A stretch of 64,000 nt of DNA, from NCBI GenBank assembly GCA_951812955.1, contig OX638340.1, positions 1-64,000 on the forward strand, written 5' to 3'. The position numbers and the translations under genes were made by a program. The notes under the pieces were generated by a model, which searched no databases, was not told the DNA's origin, and worked only from the letters and a program-made list of their open reading frames with translations. The stretch comes from an uncultured Gemmatimonadota bacterium. GTDB taxonomy: Bacteria > JAAXHH01. Of this stretch, positions 18,696 through 29,600 are shown piece by piece (the stretch's first letter is position 1; every line of letters starts with the position of its first letter).

Positions 18696-18809
18696 ATACC
18701 ATGCTCGGTCCGGCGTCAGGCCACGCCACGGTTTTTCGGACCCTGCGTAACCGGATGTATCGACACGGGCGTAAATCCCGTGTTTCAAGGAACGTCGACC
18801 GATGCGGAA

Positions 18810-18935
18810 CAGGATCAATCGGACCAATCGGGCCAATCGGACCAGTCCGGCCAGGCGGACCGAGTGGGCAAATCTGGCCAAGCTGGCCAAGCTGACTAGG
18901 CGGACCAGGCGGACCGAGCTGACCAGGCGGACCAG
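18810..18935. repeat. array of 9-bp/hexamer-type tandem repeats (…GGACCAATCGG… and …AGGCGGACC…) upstream of the methyltransferase gene
   Basis: Seen directly: caatcggaccaatcgggccaatcggaccagtccggccaggcggacc ... ctggccaagctggccaagctgactaggcggaccaggcggaccgagctgaccaggcggaccag. It gives Arg/Thr/Asn repeats in the + frame and a PGP/IGP repeat in the - frame. Confidence 0.7.
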
Positions 18936-18939
18936 AGAC

Positions 18940-19479
18940 ATGGAGACCAACTTCGAGGTACGCAGTTTCGATGCGGAGATCACAAAGGAAGCGTACGACA
19001 GGCTGCCCAAGCTGCCGCTGTATTTCGTACTGGACAACCTGCGCAGCGCATTCAACGTGGGTTCCATATTCCGGACCTGCGACATCCTGCGGGTTAAAAG
19101 CCTCTTTCTGTGCGGTTACACGGCCTGTCCGCCCCACGCGAAGCTGGAGAAGACGGCCCTGGGCACCATAGATTACGTCCCCTGGCGTAATTTCGAGTCG
19201 GCCGTCGACGCGGTCGACTACCTGCGAGACAGAAGCGTCGCGGTGTGGGCCGCCGAAACGGCTTCGGGTTCGGTTCCGTATGACGAGGCGGTATTTCCGG
19301 ACGAATTGGCGATCGTCCTGGGTAACGAGGCGCTGGGCGTGAGCCGCGACGTGCTGGAACGGTGTGACGGCCTGGTCGAAATCCCCACGCGGGGCTACAA
19401 GAATTCGCTCAACGTGGCGTCCGCCTGCGCGGTCCTGGGATTCAAGGCGCTGGAGCAAATGGAAGGGAAATCGAACTGA
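18940..19479 (+). CDS. SpoU/TrmH-family RNA 2'-O-methyltransferase
   Basis: 'VLDNLRSAFNVGSIFRTCD', 'IVLGNEALGVS', 'LVEIPTRGYKNSLNVASACAVL' are the SPOUT motifs. Start chosen at 'METNFEV' because the 46-aa upstream extension is repeat-encoded low complexity. Confidence 0.75.
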   Translation: METNFEVRSFDAEITKEAYDRLPKLPLYFVLDNLRSAFNVGSIFRTCDILRVKSLFLCGYTACPPHAKLEKTALGTIDYVPWRNFESAVDAVDYLRDRSVAVWAAETASGSVPYDEAVFPDELAIVLGNEALGVSRDVLERCDGLVEIPTRGYKNSLNVASACAVLGFKALEQMEGKSN

Positions 19480-19505
19480 CCGGGTCGAATGATCCTGCGG
19501 GAAGG

Positions 19506-20285
19506 CTACGGGTCGCTCGACCAGGTCTTCCTGCCCACGAAGAACGGTCCCAGCGAATCGATGTACAGGGCGGTCTGCTGGGTCTTACGCATGTCCTGGA
19601 CGACCCGTGAGAGCGGGTAAAGTTCCTTGCCGAGCAGTCCGATGACGAAGTCGTTGTCCGCCTCGTCCAGCCCGTAGCAAGCCAGGCGGATGTCGTGGGC
19701 GAAGTCGGCCCGGCCGTAGGCTCGGCCGATGTGGGCGTGCTCCATCAGGATCTGGCGCTGCTCCTTGTGTTCAAGGCGGGCGAAGGCGCCGTTCCGTCTC
19801 AGGGGATACCAGATAGCCCAGGGCCAGTCGGGATTGAGCACGGTGTTGCGCGGCCGGTGTATGAGCGATTCCTTCAGGTCCGGTTCGTATCCCATGGAGT
19901 AGGTCCTGCCGAACATCGTCATGTTTCCGCGTAGTTCCATCGCATCGAACGGACTGACAGTCAACAGGTTCCGGACGTCCGTTACGAAGGCATCCGGATC
20001 TTCGGCCAGGAACAGCACGCCGATACCCGTGGGATCGTTGACATCGAGATACACCGCGGAATCCAGACCGGATTTCCGCAGCGCGACGATGCATTCGCCG
20101 GTTATGTCCGGGGCCCGCCGGACGGATTCCCGGCTGGACACGGTGAACACATTGAGCTGCATGTACAGCCGTGTTTCGGCCGTCTGGGCCTGGCCGTTTA
20201 CTGGCGCTCCGCGTTCGAGTATATCTGGGGTCCTGCCGGTGTCTTCGTTCACGTCGCTTCCCTGCCTTCTCTTTGACGATTCCAT
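19506..20285 (-). CDS. hemQ: chlorite-dismutase-family coproheme decarboxylase (HemQ/ChdC-like)
   Basis: Cld-family ferredoxin-like fold motifs 'LYMQLNVFTV', 'IGVLFLAEDPDAF', 'WPWAIWYPLRR', 'LMEHAHIGRAYG'. Start at 'MESSKRR' (20285), because the longer ORF would overlap the divergent hemH start. Confidence 0.7.
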   Translation of the reverse strand: MESSKRRQGSDVNEDTGRTPDILERGAPVNGQAQTAETRLYMQLNVFTVSSRESVRRAPDITGECIVALRKSGLDSAVYLDVNDPTGIGVLFLAEDPDAFVTDVRNLLTVSPFDAMELRGNMTMFGRTYSMGYEPDLKESLIHRPRNTVLNPDWPWAIWYPLRRNGAFARLEHKEQRQILMEHAHIGRAYGRADFAHDIRLACYGLDEADNDFVIGLLGKELYPLSRVVQDMRKTQQTALYIDSLGPFFVGRKTWSSDP

Positions 20286-20380
20286 CCCAAAACCCGTGGC
20301 TGGACGCGGGTAAATTACGGAGGAGACGGCAGCATGGCAAGCAAATCCGGGGTTATGAGATCTGACAGGGAGGAAGCCCG

Positions 20381-21430
20381 TTGAACTACGACGCATTGCT
20401 CCTGGTATCATTCGGGGGCCCGGAAGGCGCCGCCGACGTCCTCCCCTTTCTCGAGCGCGTGCTCAAAGGCCGGCGCGTTCCCAGGGAACGAATGATGGAG
20501 GTCGCGGAACACTACCACCATTTCGGTGGGGTCAGCCCGATAAACAGCCAGAACCGGGCACTGATCTCCGCCCTTGAAAGCGCGTTGGCGAACCGCGACC
20601 TTCCCCTCCCGATCTACTGGGGAAACCGGAACTGGCATCCCTTGCTGGCGGATACGGTCCGGCGGATGGCCGCGGACGGGATCCAACGGGCGCTGGCCCT
20701 CGTTACGTCCGCCTACAGCTCCTATTCGAACTGCAGGCAGTACCTCGAGAACATCGAGGATGCCCGGCGCGAGGTGGGCGGCGGCGCCCCGAAAATCGAC
20801 AAGATCAGGCCCTTTTTCCATCATCCGGGTTATATCGAAACGATGGAGGCACGCGTTCGTTCCGCCCTGGACCGCTTGCCGGAAGCGCGCCGCGCCTCGG
20901 CGCACCTGGTGTATACCGCCCACAGCATACCCCTGGCCATGGCTCGGGGATGCGCGTACGAAGCGCAACTCCGGGAAGCCTCCCGGCTCATCAGCGCGCG
21001 CGCGGGCGCTTCCTCCTGGACGCTGGCATTTCAAAGCCGCAGCGGTCCGCCCGCTCAGCCCTGGCTGGAACCCGATGTCTGTGATTACATCCGGTCGTTC
21101 CACGAGACTGGCGCGGGCCGGGCGGACCGAGCGGACCGAGCGGGCCGGGCGGACCGGGCGGACCGGGATATCGTGTTGATCCCCGTAGGATTCATCTCGG
21201 ACCACATGGAAGTGGCCTACGACCTGGACATTGAAGCGCGGGCGTGTTGCGATGAGCTCGGGGTACGCATGGTCCGGGCGGAAACGGCGGGGACTCATCC
21301 CCGCTTCGTGGAAATGATCGTGGAACTCGTCGAAGAACGCCTGTCCCTGACGACGGCCAGGGCGGCCGTGGGTGTCCTGGAACCGTGGCCCGATCGATGC
21401 CCGCCGGACTGCTGCCCTTCCGGCAGGTAG
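20381..21430 (+). CDS. hemH: ferrochelatase (likely coproporphyrin ferrochelatase CpfC) carrying an in-frame repeat insertion
   Basis: 'LLVSFGGPEG', 'SPINSQNRALISALESAL', 'YWGNRNWHP', 'IPVGFISDHMEVAYDLDIEA' are ferrochelatase signatures. 'GAGRADRADRAGRADRADR' immediately before the 'IVLIPVGF' strand is encoded by the 9-bp repeat. Confidence 0.85.
   Translation: MNYDALLLVSFGGPEGAADVLPFLERVLKGRRVPRERMMEVAEHYHHFGGVSPINSQNRALISALESALANRDLPLPIYWGNRNWHPLLADTVRRMAADGIQRALALVTSAYSSYSNCRQYLENIEDARREVGGGAPKIDKIRPFFHHPGYIETMEARVRSALDRLPEARRASAHLVYTAHSIPLAMARGCAYEAQLREASRLISARAGASSWTLAFQSRSGPPAQPWLEPDVCDYIRSFHETGAGRADRADRAGRADRADRDIVLIPVGFISDHMEVAYDLDIEARACCDELGVRMVRAETAGTHPRFVEMIVELVEERLSLTTARAAVGVLEPWPDRCPPDCCPSGR
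21110..21175. repeat. 9-bp tandem repeat (CGGACCGRG/CGGGCCGGG) x about 6 inside hemH
   Basis: Seen directly: ggccgggcggaccgagcggaccgagcgggccgggcggaccgggcggaccggg. Confidence 0.8.
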
Positions 21431-21455
21431 GTCATGTGGGAAGAACCGGCCATCC

Positions 21456-22490
21456 TCAGACCGGGACCTCCCACCGGTCCATGGGTTCGGTGGAACGTAC
21501 CCGGCGCATGCCCGCGTCGGCGAACCGGCCGAAGGCCTTCTCCGCCTCCCCAGTAAAATCGATCACACCGGGAACGACGACCGGTGAGGTGCAGTCCTCC
21601 AGCAGGCAGACTTTCGCGGTCATGGACGGCTTGCGCGCCTCGAACTCCGTCCGGAGATCTTCCACCGTCCACGCCACGCAATGACTCTTGGCCTGCCCGG
21701 CCACGATGACGGCGTCGAAGGTCATCAAGTGATCGACCAGCGGCGAATTCCTGTCACCCACCGGATGGCCGCCGGCGTCTTCCATTACGTCGGGGCGCAA
21801 CACGGAGTAGTTCTCTGTGAGGGCATGATTCCCTTTGAGTTCGAAGCGGGCCTGACGGACTCGCGCGATGCTGTGAAAGAAAACCGCCTCCTCGACCGCG
21901 GACACCAGGGCGTGGCCGATGCCCCCGAGCATGGCGTGGTACGGCCAGATCATGAGCGGATACTTGCCATCGCGCGCGAGGCGCCGGACGTAATGCAGCG
22001 CGTAGGCGGAAAGATCGATCCGGCCGCCGAACCAGGCCTCCACCGTGGGATTCACACGCCAGGTTCCCTGTTCTACGTCGTCCGGGGTGATGACCGTTTC
22101 GCCGCCTATGGGATGTCCGCCCCCTTCGTCGACCCAGAACATCGGGTGGAAGATCTGCTGGGCCGTGTGGGTGTCCATCGTGGGGATAATCTCCGTAATG
22201 GAATGGAGGTTGCGGTAGATGAAGGTGCATAGGCGGTCGTTGTCCTCCACGGCGCCACGTCCGCTCCGTCCACCGACGAAAAGCTCGAATCCGGGAAGAC
22301 AGAAAGTGTTCTGGCAGTCCACCAGGAGCAGGGCGGTTCGAAAGGCATCCTCGACCGAGGGCCGGATCCCGCGTTCTTCCGCCCAATCTCGGGCATCCGC
22401 GGCCCGTTCTCCGTATGGGACGCGCCAGACCGTCTCGACGGACCCCGACGTGTAGTGGGGCGGAACGTCTCCGAGTGGTTTAAAGTTCAT
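21456..22490 (-). CDS. isochorismatase-family cysteine hydrolase, nicotinamidase(PncA)-like
   Basis: '[15 protein letters not shown]' is the cysteine-hydrolase motif. A catalytic Cys candidate lies in '[12 protein letters not shown]'. It sits immediately downstream of nadE, with an 11-nt overlap. Confidence 0.65.
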   Translation of the reverse strand: MNFKPLGDVPPHYTSGSVETVWRVPYGERAADARDWAEERGIRPSVEDAFRTALLLVDCQNTFCLPGFELFVGGRSGRGAVEDNDRLCTFIYRNLHSITEIIPTMDTHTAQQIFHPMFWVDEGGGHPIGGETVITPDDVEQGTWRVNPTVEAWFGGRIDLSAYALHYVRRLARDGKYPLMIWPYHAMLGGIGHALVSAVEEAVFFHSIARVRQARFELKGNHALTENYSVLRPDVMEDAGGHPVGDRNSPLVDHLMTFDAVIVAGQAKSHCVAWTVEDLRTEFEARKPSMTAKVCLLEDCTSPVVVPGVIDFTGEAEKAFGRFADAGMRRVRSTEPMDRWEVPV

Positions 22491-24549
22491 CGGGGATGCG
22501 ATCTAAATCCGACAGCCAGACCGCCGGAGAAGCATCGGACGGCATCCGCCAGTCGCCACGGGGGGATATACAGGTCATGCCGACCTTGGGCCCTTCCGGC
22601 AGGCAGTTCCGTTTGAACTGGTTCTGGAAGAACCGGACGATAAAGACGCGCAGCCAGGTCTTGATCTCCCGGAGTTCGTACTTTCCCTCGAATGCATGCA
22701 TTGCCATCCGGGCGATACGCGAGGGCGAGAAGCCGAATCGCATGAAGTAGTAGATGAAGAAGTCGTGCAGTTCGTAGGGACCGATTTTCTCTTCGGTTTT
22801 CTGGGCGATCTCCCGCTCGCGCGGTGGCAGCAATTCCGGTGAAATAGGCGTGTCGAGAATGTCCAGCAGCACGTCCCTCACTGCCGACTCCTGTTCGAAG
22901 ACCTCGTCGGCGGTCCAGCGGATCAGGTAGGAAATGAGGGTCTTGGGAATCCCTGCATTGACGCCGTAATGGCTGGCATGGTCGCCGAACATGGTGCACC
23001 ATCCCAGCGCCAGTTCCGAAAGGTCGCCGGTACCGAGTACGATACCCTTGACCTGGGCGGCCGTGGCGAGTTCCTCCAGTTTCCGGGTCCATGCCTGGGT
23101 GTTTTCGTAGACGAGGTCTTTCTTGTCTTCCGAATGCCCGATATCCCCGAAGAACTGCCGCACCGCGGGTTTGATGTCGATCTCCCGGAAAGTGGCGCCG
23201 ACCGCCCGGATCAGCGTACATGCGTTCGAGTAGGTTCGCTCCGTAGTGCCCAGTCCCGGCATGGTCAGGGCCACGATGCGGGACCGCGGCAGGCCGAGCA
23301 GGTCCATGGTGTGTACTGCGACATTCAGGGCGTGGGTCGAATCCTGGCCCCCTGACACCGCCACGACGACCCTCCGGGCATCCTCGGGCAGCGATCTCAG
23401 CTTGGTCGCGAGTCCGGTGGACTGGATCATGAACACTTCGCGGCACCGCTGGCTGCGATCCGCGAGATTTTGCGGTACGAAGGGATGAGAGGGTATATCG
23501 CGCTCGAAGGTCCGATGCGCTACTCCGGGCGCCTTCCCGGCATTCTTCGAACCCTCTTCTCCAGCGTGGCCGGCATCTTTCGAACCCTCTTCTCCATCGT
23601 GGCCGAACCGGAATCCCGGAAGGTAAGCGGACCGCCAGGATGACTTGTAGTCCATGGCGTTCTGACGGAAAGAGCCCTGGACGCCCCGCTCCAGCGTCAG
23701 CGCCTCCACGTCGACGTCCGCGACGATGCAGGCTCCATCAAGCTGGAAGCGTTCGGTTTTCGCCAGCATGTAGCCTCGTTCGGCGATGAACCCGTGGCCG
23801 TCCCAAACCACGTCCATGGTCGACTCCCCGAATCCCGCCGCGGCGTACATGTGGACGGCCTCGTTGCGGCCCGATGAAGCCAGGACGAGGTCCTCCCGGT
23901 ACTGCGCCTTGCCGATGACGATGTTGGAGGCCGACAGGTTCGCCAGAATGCTCGCGCCCGCCAGCGCCGCCCTGCTGCTCGGGGGCACCGGAACCCAGTC
24001 GTCTTCGCAGATCGTCGGATATATCACGACCCTGGGATCATCCGTACGCAACAGCACGTCGGGTCCGAATGGCGCTTCCCGGCCACAAAGAGATACAGAG
24101 TCGGTCTGCGCTTCCGCGGCCCGGGCAAAATACCGCGTCTCATAAAACTCGCGATATTGCGGGAGATAGGTCTTGGGCGCAACGGACAGGATGTCTCCGC
24201 GGCTGCAGGTTACCGCGACGTTGAAGACCGCGTGATCGATCCGCAGGGGCATGCCGAAACTGAAAGCCAGGCCGGTTTCCCTGGTCTGGTCCAGCAGTTC
24301 CTCAAGCGCCTTCAGCGCACCGTCCAGCAGCGCCTGGGAATGGAAGAGGTCGGCGCAGGTATAACCGGTCAGACTCAATTCCGGGAAAAGGACATAGGAA
24401 GCTCCCTTCCCGCCTGCCGCTTCGATCTGCTCCAGGTGATGCGCCACGTTCGCCGCGGGGTCGCCCACGCGAATACGGGGTACGGCGATGGCCAGGCGCA
24501 CGAAGCCGTGGCTGCGCACATCGAGAAACTGTTCGGGGCTGAGTTCCAT
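22480..24549 (-). CDS. nadE: glutamine-dependent NAD+ synthetase (N-terminal nitrilase/CN-hydrolase domain plus C-terminal synthetase)
   Basis: 689 aa. N-terminal '[19 protein letters not shown]...[15 protein letters not shown]' is the CN hydrolase domain. C-terminal '[15 protein letters not shown]' is the PP-loop (SGGxDS) synthetase domain. An internal 33-bp tandem duplication lies in the interdomain region. Confidence 0.9.
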   Translation of the reverse strand: MELSPEQFLDVRSHGFVRLAIAVPRIRVGDPAANVAHHLEQIEAAGGKGASYVLFPELSLTGYTCADLFHSQALLDGALKALEELLDQTRETGLAFSFGMPLRIDHAVFNVAVTCSRGDILSVAPKTYLPQYREFYETRYFARAAEAQTDSVSLCGREAPFGPDVLLRTDDPRVVIYPTICEDDWVPVPPSSRAALAGASILANLSASNIVIGKAQYREDLVLASSGRNEAVHMYAAAGFGESTMDVVWDGHGFIAERGYMLAKTERFQLDGACIVADVDVEALTLERGVQGSFRQNAMDYKSSWRSAYLPGFRFGHDGEEGSKDAGHAGEEGSKNAGKAPGVAHRTFERDIPSHPFVPQNLADRSQRCREVFMIQSTGLATKLRSLPEDARRVVVAVSGGQDSTHALNVAVHTMDLLGLPRSRIVALTMPGLGTTERTYSNACTLIRAVGATFREIDIKPAVRQFFGDIGHSEDKKDLVYENTQAWTRKLEELATAAQVKGIVLGTGDLSELALGWCTMFGDHASHYGVNAGIPKTLISYLIRWTADEVFEQESAVRDVLLDILDTPISPELLPPREREIAQKTEEKIGPYELHDFFIYYFMRFGFSPSRIARMAMHAFEGKYELREIKTWLRVFIVRFFQNQFKRNCLPEGPKVGMTCISPRGDWRMPSDASPAVWLSDLDRIPDEL
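23539..23604. repeat. 33-bp direct tandem duplication inside nadE (30/33 identical)
   Basis: Seen directly: ggcattcttcgaaccctcttctccagcgtggcc / ggcatctttcgaaccctcttctccatcgtggcc. It encodes the duplicated peptide '[23 protein letters not shown]'. Confidence 0.85.
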
Positions 24550-24727
24550 GGCCTCTGTATCCCGGACGATAACTAATGGACCGTTGCGAACCGGTGACCG
24601 TTACGATCCTATATCTTTGCAATCGGCTTATACTGGTCGCCGGCTGCCGGGCGTCACGAAAAAGATAAGGGATATGCGATCGGGCAGGCAAGACGCAATT
24701 TCCGGCGCGCCAAAGGGTTTCGGACGG

Positions 24728-25612
24728 TCAGTCTGCCTCGATCAGCCGCCCCTTCACGTCATGGCCGACCTCCACGGCGTCGCGGCCCTGCTGTTTTCTC
24801 CGCATCCGGTCGCGGTACCTCAGGGGCATTTCGCGGCGGCGCCAGGAAAGGAATCCCCGTTCGTGCCGGTCCCGGTTCCGGATCGATGCTGGCGCAGGAA
24901 CGGCGATGATTCCATGGGTAATCGAGGTCATCTTGCGGGACATGGCGATGATTTCCCCTTTGCTCACGATAAGGGTCACGCCGACGTTGGCTTCTACGAT
25001 GGGCACGCCGTTCTCCCTCGCGCGGGCGAGCACGGCCCGGTCCTGTGCGCGGAACCTCGAACCGAAGGAGGGAATGAGCAGGTACCGGGCGCCGTCGAGC
25101 ACCGGTATCCGCGCGATGTCCGGGTTCCACCGGTCGTTGCAGATGACCATGCCGGCCCGGCCGAAGGGGGTGTCGAAGGCGCGACTGTGCCTGCCCAGGC
25201 GGTTGAACCACCAGGAACGGTGATGGCCCTCGGCCAGTTGCATCTTGTGGTACTTGCCACGCAGGCGCCCCCGATGATCGAGGAACACGGCGCAATTGTA
25301 GACTTCGTCGTCGATCCGCTCCGCCAGGCCGAACACGAGGCACATGCTTAACGATCTCGCGAGCTCCCGGAACCGGGCGATGGTTCCGCTGCGCATGGTC
25401 AGCGACACGCGGTTCATTTCTTCCGGCGGGATCTCACCGTCTATGATTTCGTTGACCACATACCCTTCCAGCACGCCCTCCGGCGCGACGGCCAGTTCGG
25501 CACCCCCAGCCGCGGCCTCGCGGAACATCTCTTCCAGCCGTTCCGCATTTCCTTCGAGGTCCAGCTTGACGGGTTTGAACGAGATCGCCGCAACCCGTAC
25601 ATCTCGAAACAT
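24728..25612 (-). CDS. carbon-nitrogen hydrolase (nitrilase superfamily) protein
   Basis: 'VRVAAISFKPVKLDLEGN', 'ELAVAPE' (catalytic Glu), 'HYHKMQL' (Lys) and 'GMVICNDRWNP' (Cys in C-x-D/E-x-W) give the E-K-C triad of the CN hydrolase family. Confidence 0.75.
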   Translation of the reverse strand: MFRDVRVAAISFKPVKLDLEGNAERLEEMFREAAAGGAELAVAPEGVLEGYVVNEIIDGEIPPEEMNRVSLTMRSGTIARFRELARSLSMCLVFGLAERIDDEVYNCAVFLDHRGRLRGKYHKMQLAEGHHRSWWFNRLGRHSRAFDTPFGRAGMVICNDRWNPDIARIPVLDGARYLLIPSFGSRFRAQDRAVLARARENGVPIVEANVGVTLIVSKGEIIAMSRKMTSITHGIIAVPAPASIRNRDRHERGFLSWRRREMPLRYRDRMRRKQQGRDAVEVGHDVKGRLIEAD

Positions 25613-25909
25613 GGTTCGCCTCCAGTTTTATCGGTCACGTCCCGGTTGGCCGGCTGGCCCGTCGGGTCAAAACGGACAACCTTCTCACGGTCTTTTGCAG
25701 GAATCGGTGCTCCGGGCCACGGGCTACAAGCATTGCGGTTTTTAGACTAATGGAATATACTGCCGACATTCACTACCGCGCAACGGTGGCCTGGTCTTCC
25801 CTCGGTCGCAACTCAGGACGGGGGATCGTCTCGCTTACCGGAACGATCTTCAATTCGAAGGCAAGATCGCAGTATACGAAGGCAAGTTCGCGCAAAATAG
25901 AGCCGAAAG

Positions 25910-26638
25910 GTGGTACCCATGCCATCAACGGACACCCGAAACGAATCTGTAACGAAGGTCGCCGTCGTCCTGCTCAGCGGCGGGGTCGATTCGGCGACGG
26001 CGCTCGCCATCGCCCGGCACGACGGTTTCGACTGTCACGCCATCACCTTCGACTATGGACAGCGACACCGGTTTGAACTCGAGTCGGCCAAAAGGGTCGC
26101 CAGATCCATGGGGGTCGGTCGCCACGTAACCATACCTTTTGACCTGCGGGCAATCGGAGGGTCTTCGCTGACGGACGACTTACCCGTGCCCAGGGACCAG
26201 GATCCGGCGTCCATGGCCGCGCAGATACCTTCTACTTATGTCCCGGCCCGCAATACCATATTCCTTTCCTTCGCACTGGGTTGGGCTGAAGTACTTGGCG
26301 CATTCGACCTGTACATCGGCGCCAATGCCATCGATTACAGCGGCTATCCCGATTGCCGCCCCGAGTATATCGCGGCCTACGAGAACCTGGCGAACCTGGC
26401 CACGAGAGCGGGAGTGACCGGAGAGGGCAGGTTCAATATCCACGCGCCGCTCATCGAAATGTCCAAGGCGGATATCCTTCGCACCGGGGTCCGGCTCGGG
26501 GTGGACTACGCGCTCACGACAAGTTGCTACGACCCGGCGAGTGACGGGGCGGCCTGCGGCGGATGCGATGCCTGCATCCTGCGGCGAAACGGTTTTGAAG
26601 AAGCCGGCATCGTGGATCCGACGCGATACGCCTCATGA
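25910..26638 (+). CDS. queC: 7-cyano-7-deazaguanine synthase
   Basis: '[19 protein letters not shown]' PP-loop, 'TFDYGQRH', and the C-terminal zinc-binding '[20 protein letters not shown]' (C-x...-C-x2-C-x2-C) are characteristic of QueC. Confidence 0.9.
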   Translation: MVPMPSTDTRNESVTKVAVVLLSGGVDSATALAIARHDGFDCHAITFDYGQRHRFELESAKRVARSMGVGRHVTIPFDLRAIGGSSLTDDLPVPRDQDPASMAAQIPSTYVPARNTIFLSFALGWAEVLGAFDLYIGANAIDYSGYPDCRPEYIAAYENLANLATRAGVTGEGRFNIHAPLIEMSKADILRTGVRLGVDYALTTSCYDPASDGAACGGCDACILRRNGFEEAGIVDPTRYAS

Positions 26639-29600
26639 GGACTCCGACGCGCGGGAGTCCGCTTCAATCCCGGCCAGCATTTCCCGCAGTCTTTTCGGGG
26701 AGACCGTCCTTGCGGTTCCGAGTTCCTGGGCGAAAACCGACACACGGTACTCTTCGAGCATCCATCTGAATTCACTGAGCAGGGCGGGATTCACGTCTTC
26801 CCGGTTGATCAACGCCCTCAGCGCGTCATCGAAGGGCCGGACCAGCGCGGCTTTTTTAAGGTCCTTCGAACGATCTTCCCGCGCCCGGAGATTCCGCGTT
26901 TCTACTGCCTTCAGAAATCGTACCAGGTTAGGCAATTCCACAGCCGGCGTTTTCAGCAGGAAGTCGCGCGGTATCAACCGCTTCAGATCGTCTTCCATGC
27001 CCGGGTACGCATCGGCCGTTCGCAGTTCTCCCCAGGAAACACTTTCCAGCTCCTGCATCTGTTGCCGAAACCAGTCCGGGAGTTTCTTCAAAAGCAAGCG
27101 CGCTGTCTCCACGTCTTCTTCGAAGCGCCGGGCCGTCAGGGGATACAGGGGCTCGCGGGTAAACAGCGCGCCCAGGAGGTGGCCGTAGGCGTAATCCAGC
27201 AGCGCTTCGAATCCGCCTGCATGTTCCGCCAGCCCGGGAAGATCCCGCAGGAATGCCAGGTCCCGGCGCATCCATGCCAGTTCGTCGCTCATCCGCCGTT
27301 CGAGCAGGCGGATCAGTCCCGTTCTCGTCTGCCGGTATGCCTCGTGCCGGTCCCGGAACAGGCGCAGATCCACCACGTCATCGTCAGCCTGCAGTCCGGG
27401 ATAGGCGTACTTCGGCAACGACCCCGACAGACCGGTTTCAATTTTGTCGGGCAGGTCGCCGGCCGGCCAGTCCCGCAGGTCATATCTTTCCCAGGTCTCC
27501 ACCGCCTTGCTCCAGTCTTCTGATTCGGCGGCGTTGGTACGGACCACGATTTCATTGCGGACCCGTTCCGGGTCGCGGGTCGTAAGGACGGTGCCGCCGT
27601 CCTCGCCGGTCACCAGGACGCGCATCCGGAGGTGATCCGGTATCGTGCCTGCCTCCCAGTCCGACCGGTCTATTTCGATTCCGTTATGTCTTGCGATGTA
27701 CTCCGTAAGCGCGCTGGCCAGGGAAGTATCAGTCGGGGACAGGTCCTCCGCGATCTTCCTGGCCGTATCGGGAATCGGTACGAGTAGCTTGCGTTTCCTT
27801 CCGGGCAATCCCCTCAGCATCGCCTCGATTTTCTCGCACAGCAGGCCCGGCACAAGCCAGTCCAGCGAATCGGGATTCAGCAGGTGTACCTTGTCCTGCG
27901 GCAGCGAAATGGTGACGCCGTCTTCTTCCCGGCCCGGTCGGCAGGCATACCGCAGGGGCAGCTTGTCGCCTTCCAGGTTGAAGTGTTCCGGAAAGTCCTC
28001 CGGCCAGTCTGGCAGGCCCGGACGGTCAATACGGTCCGGTTCATCCCCGGTTCCCGTGAGATCCTGAATCTCCATGCGAAGGAACGAGGCGTTTCCCTTC
28101 CCGCCGGTTTTGATCAACCGGTTGAGATCGTGTACCGAAGAAACCCTGGAAATCCGTTTCTCATAGAACCTGAAGGCGACCTCATCGAGATCGACACGAT
28201 AGGTGTTACGATGTTTCAATTGCCAGGTCTCGGCATCCCGGCGGATTTTGCGGTTGTGGTCCATGAAGCCGTAATGCGACCGCAGCTCGTCGTTGACCAG
28301 GGCCTCCCGGATGAAAATACGTGTCGCGTCATCGGGTTCGACCGCCTTGTAGTCGATCGTCCGGCGGTCGACCATCAGGCCGTGGAGGTGCAGCGTTTCG
28401 GTGACGGTCACCCGCTCGGCGGATCCGTCCCACCCCGGGTCCGTATGCGAGGCCCGGCACAGATGGCGGCCCAGTTCCGCGGCCCATCCAGGTTGTATTC
28501 GCGCCACGGTGCGCGCATAAAGCCGGTTGGTTTCGACCATTTCCGCGGCGACGATCCACGGCGCCGCTCCTACTCCCTCCCTTTGTCCGTCCTCTCCATC
28601 CTTCCCGTTATCGACGTCAAGCTGTCCCGTCGGACGCTTTCCTTGGCGTTTCGCGTCCGGCTTCCTTCGAAAGAGGACGGAACCGGGGAAGATCATGGCC
28701 GTTCGGTTCCGGGATCCGGTGTAGAGATTGCCTTCCCGCTGCTCGGCGACCTGGCTGAGCAGTCCGCTCAGGATCGAACGGTGGATTGCGTCGTAGTGCG
28801 CGCTACCGGATCGTCCCGACCGGCCGCGGAAACCGCCGGTTTCCCGGAGCGAGCGACGAAGTTGCACGTAGATGTCGCGCCATTCCCGCATGCGGTTGTA
28901 GGACAGATAGTGTTGCCGACAGAACCTGCGCATGGCCGCCTGGGTCTGCAGGTGCTCGAAAGTATTGTGAAAGGCATCCCAGATATTGAGCAGGGTCAGG
29001 AAATCCGAGGCCCCGTTCCTGAATTTGCGGTGTTCCCTGTCCGCCTGTTCCTGCTGGTCCAGGGGCCTTACCCGGGGATCTTGAATGCTGATGGCCGATG
29101 CGATCACGAGGATCTCCTGCAGGGCGCCTTCCTCGCGAGCCTGCAGCAGCATGCGCGACACCGTGGGCGACACCGGCAGTCTGGCCATGTCCCGCCCACG
29201 GCCGGTCAGCTTCCGTTCCCGGTCGATGGCGCCCAGTTCGGCAAGCAGCTGGAATCCGTCCCGTATGGCCTGGGGCGTGGGCCGGTCCAGAAAGGGGAAG
29301 GCGTGGACGTCGCCCAGTTTCAACACCAGCATGCGCAGGATGACCTCGGCGAGATTGGCGCGCTGCAACTCGGGCGTGGTATACTCTGCCCGGTTCGCCA
29401 GGTCGGATTCGCTGTAGAGTCTCAGGCAGACGCCTCCGGATACGCGTCCGCAGCGTCCCGCCCGCTGCAGGGCGCTGCTCTGCGCGATGGGCTCGATGGG
29501 CAGCCGCTGGGTGCGGGTCCTCGAGGCGTAGCGGCTTATCCGTGCGAAACCGGTGTCGACGACGTACTTTATGCGGGGTATGGTCAGCGAGGTCTCCGCG

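Noticed and set aside
18676-19458. 260-aa minus-strand ORF overlapping the TrmH-like gene, with 'PGPPGPP...GPIGPIGPI' repeats
   Set aside because: The repeat part is the antisense reading of the 9-bp repeat array. The remainder is antisense to clear SpoU methyltransferase motifs.
25620-25909. preQ1 riboswitch upstream of queC
   Set aside because: I looked for the compact preQ1-I/II aptamer consensus in the 290-bp gap and saw nothing convincing. There is only a loose 'cgaaggcaag' duplication.
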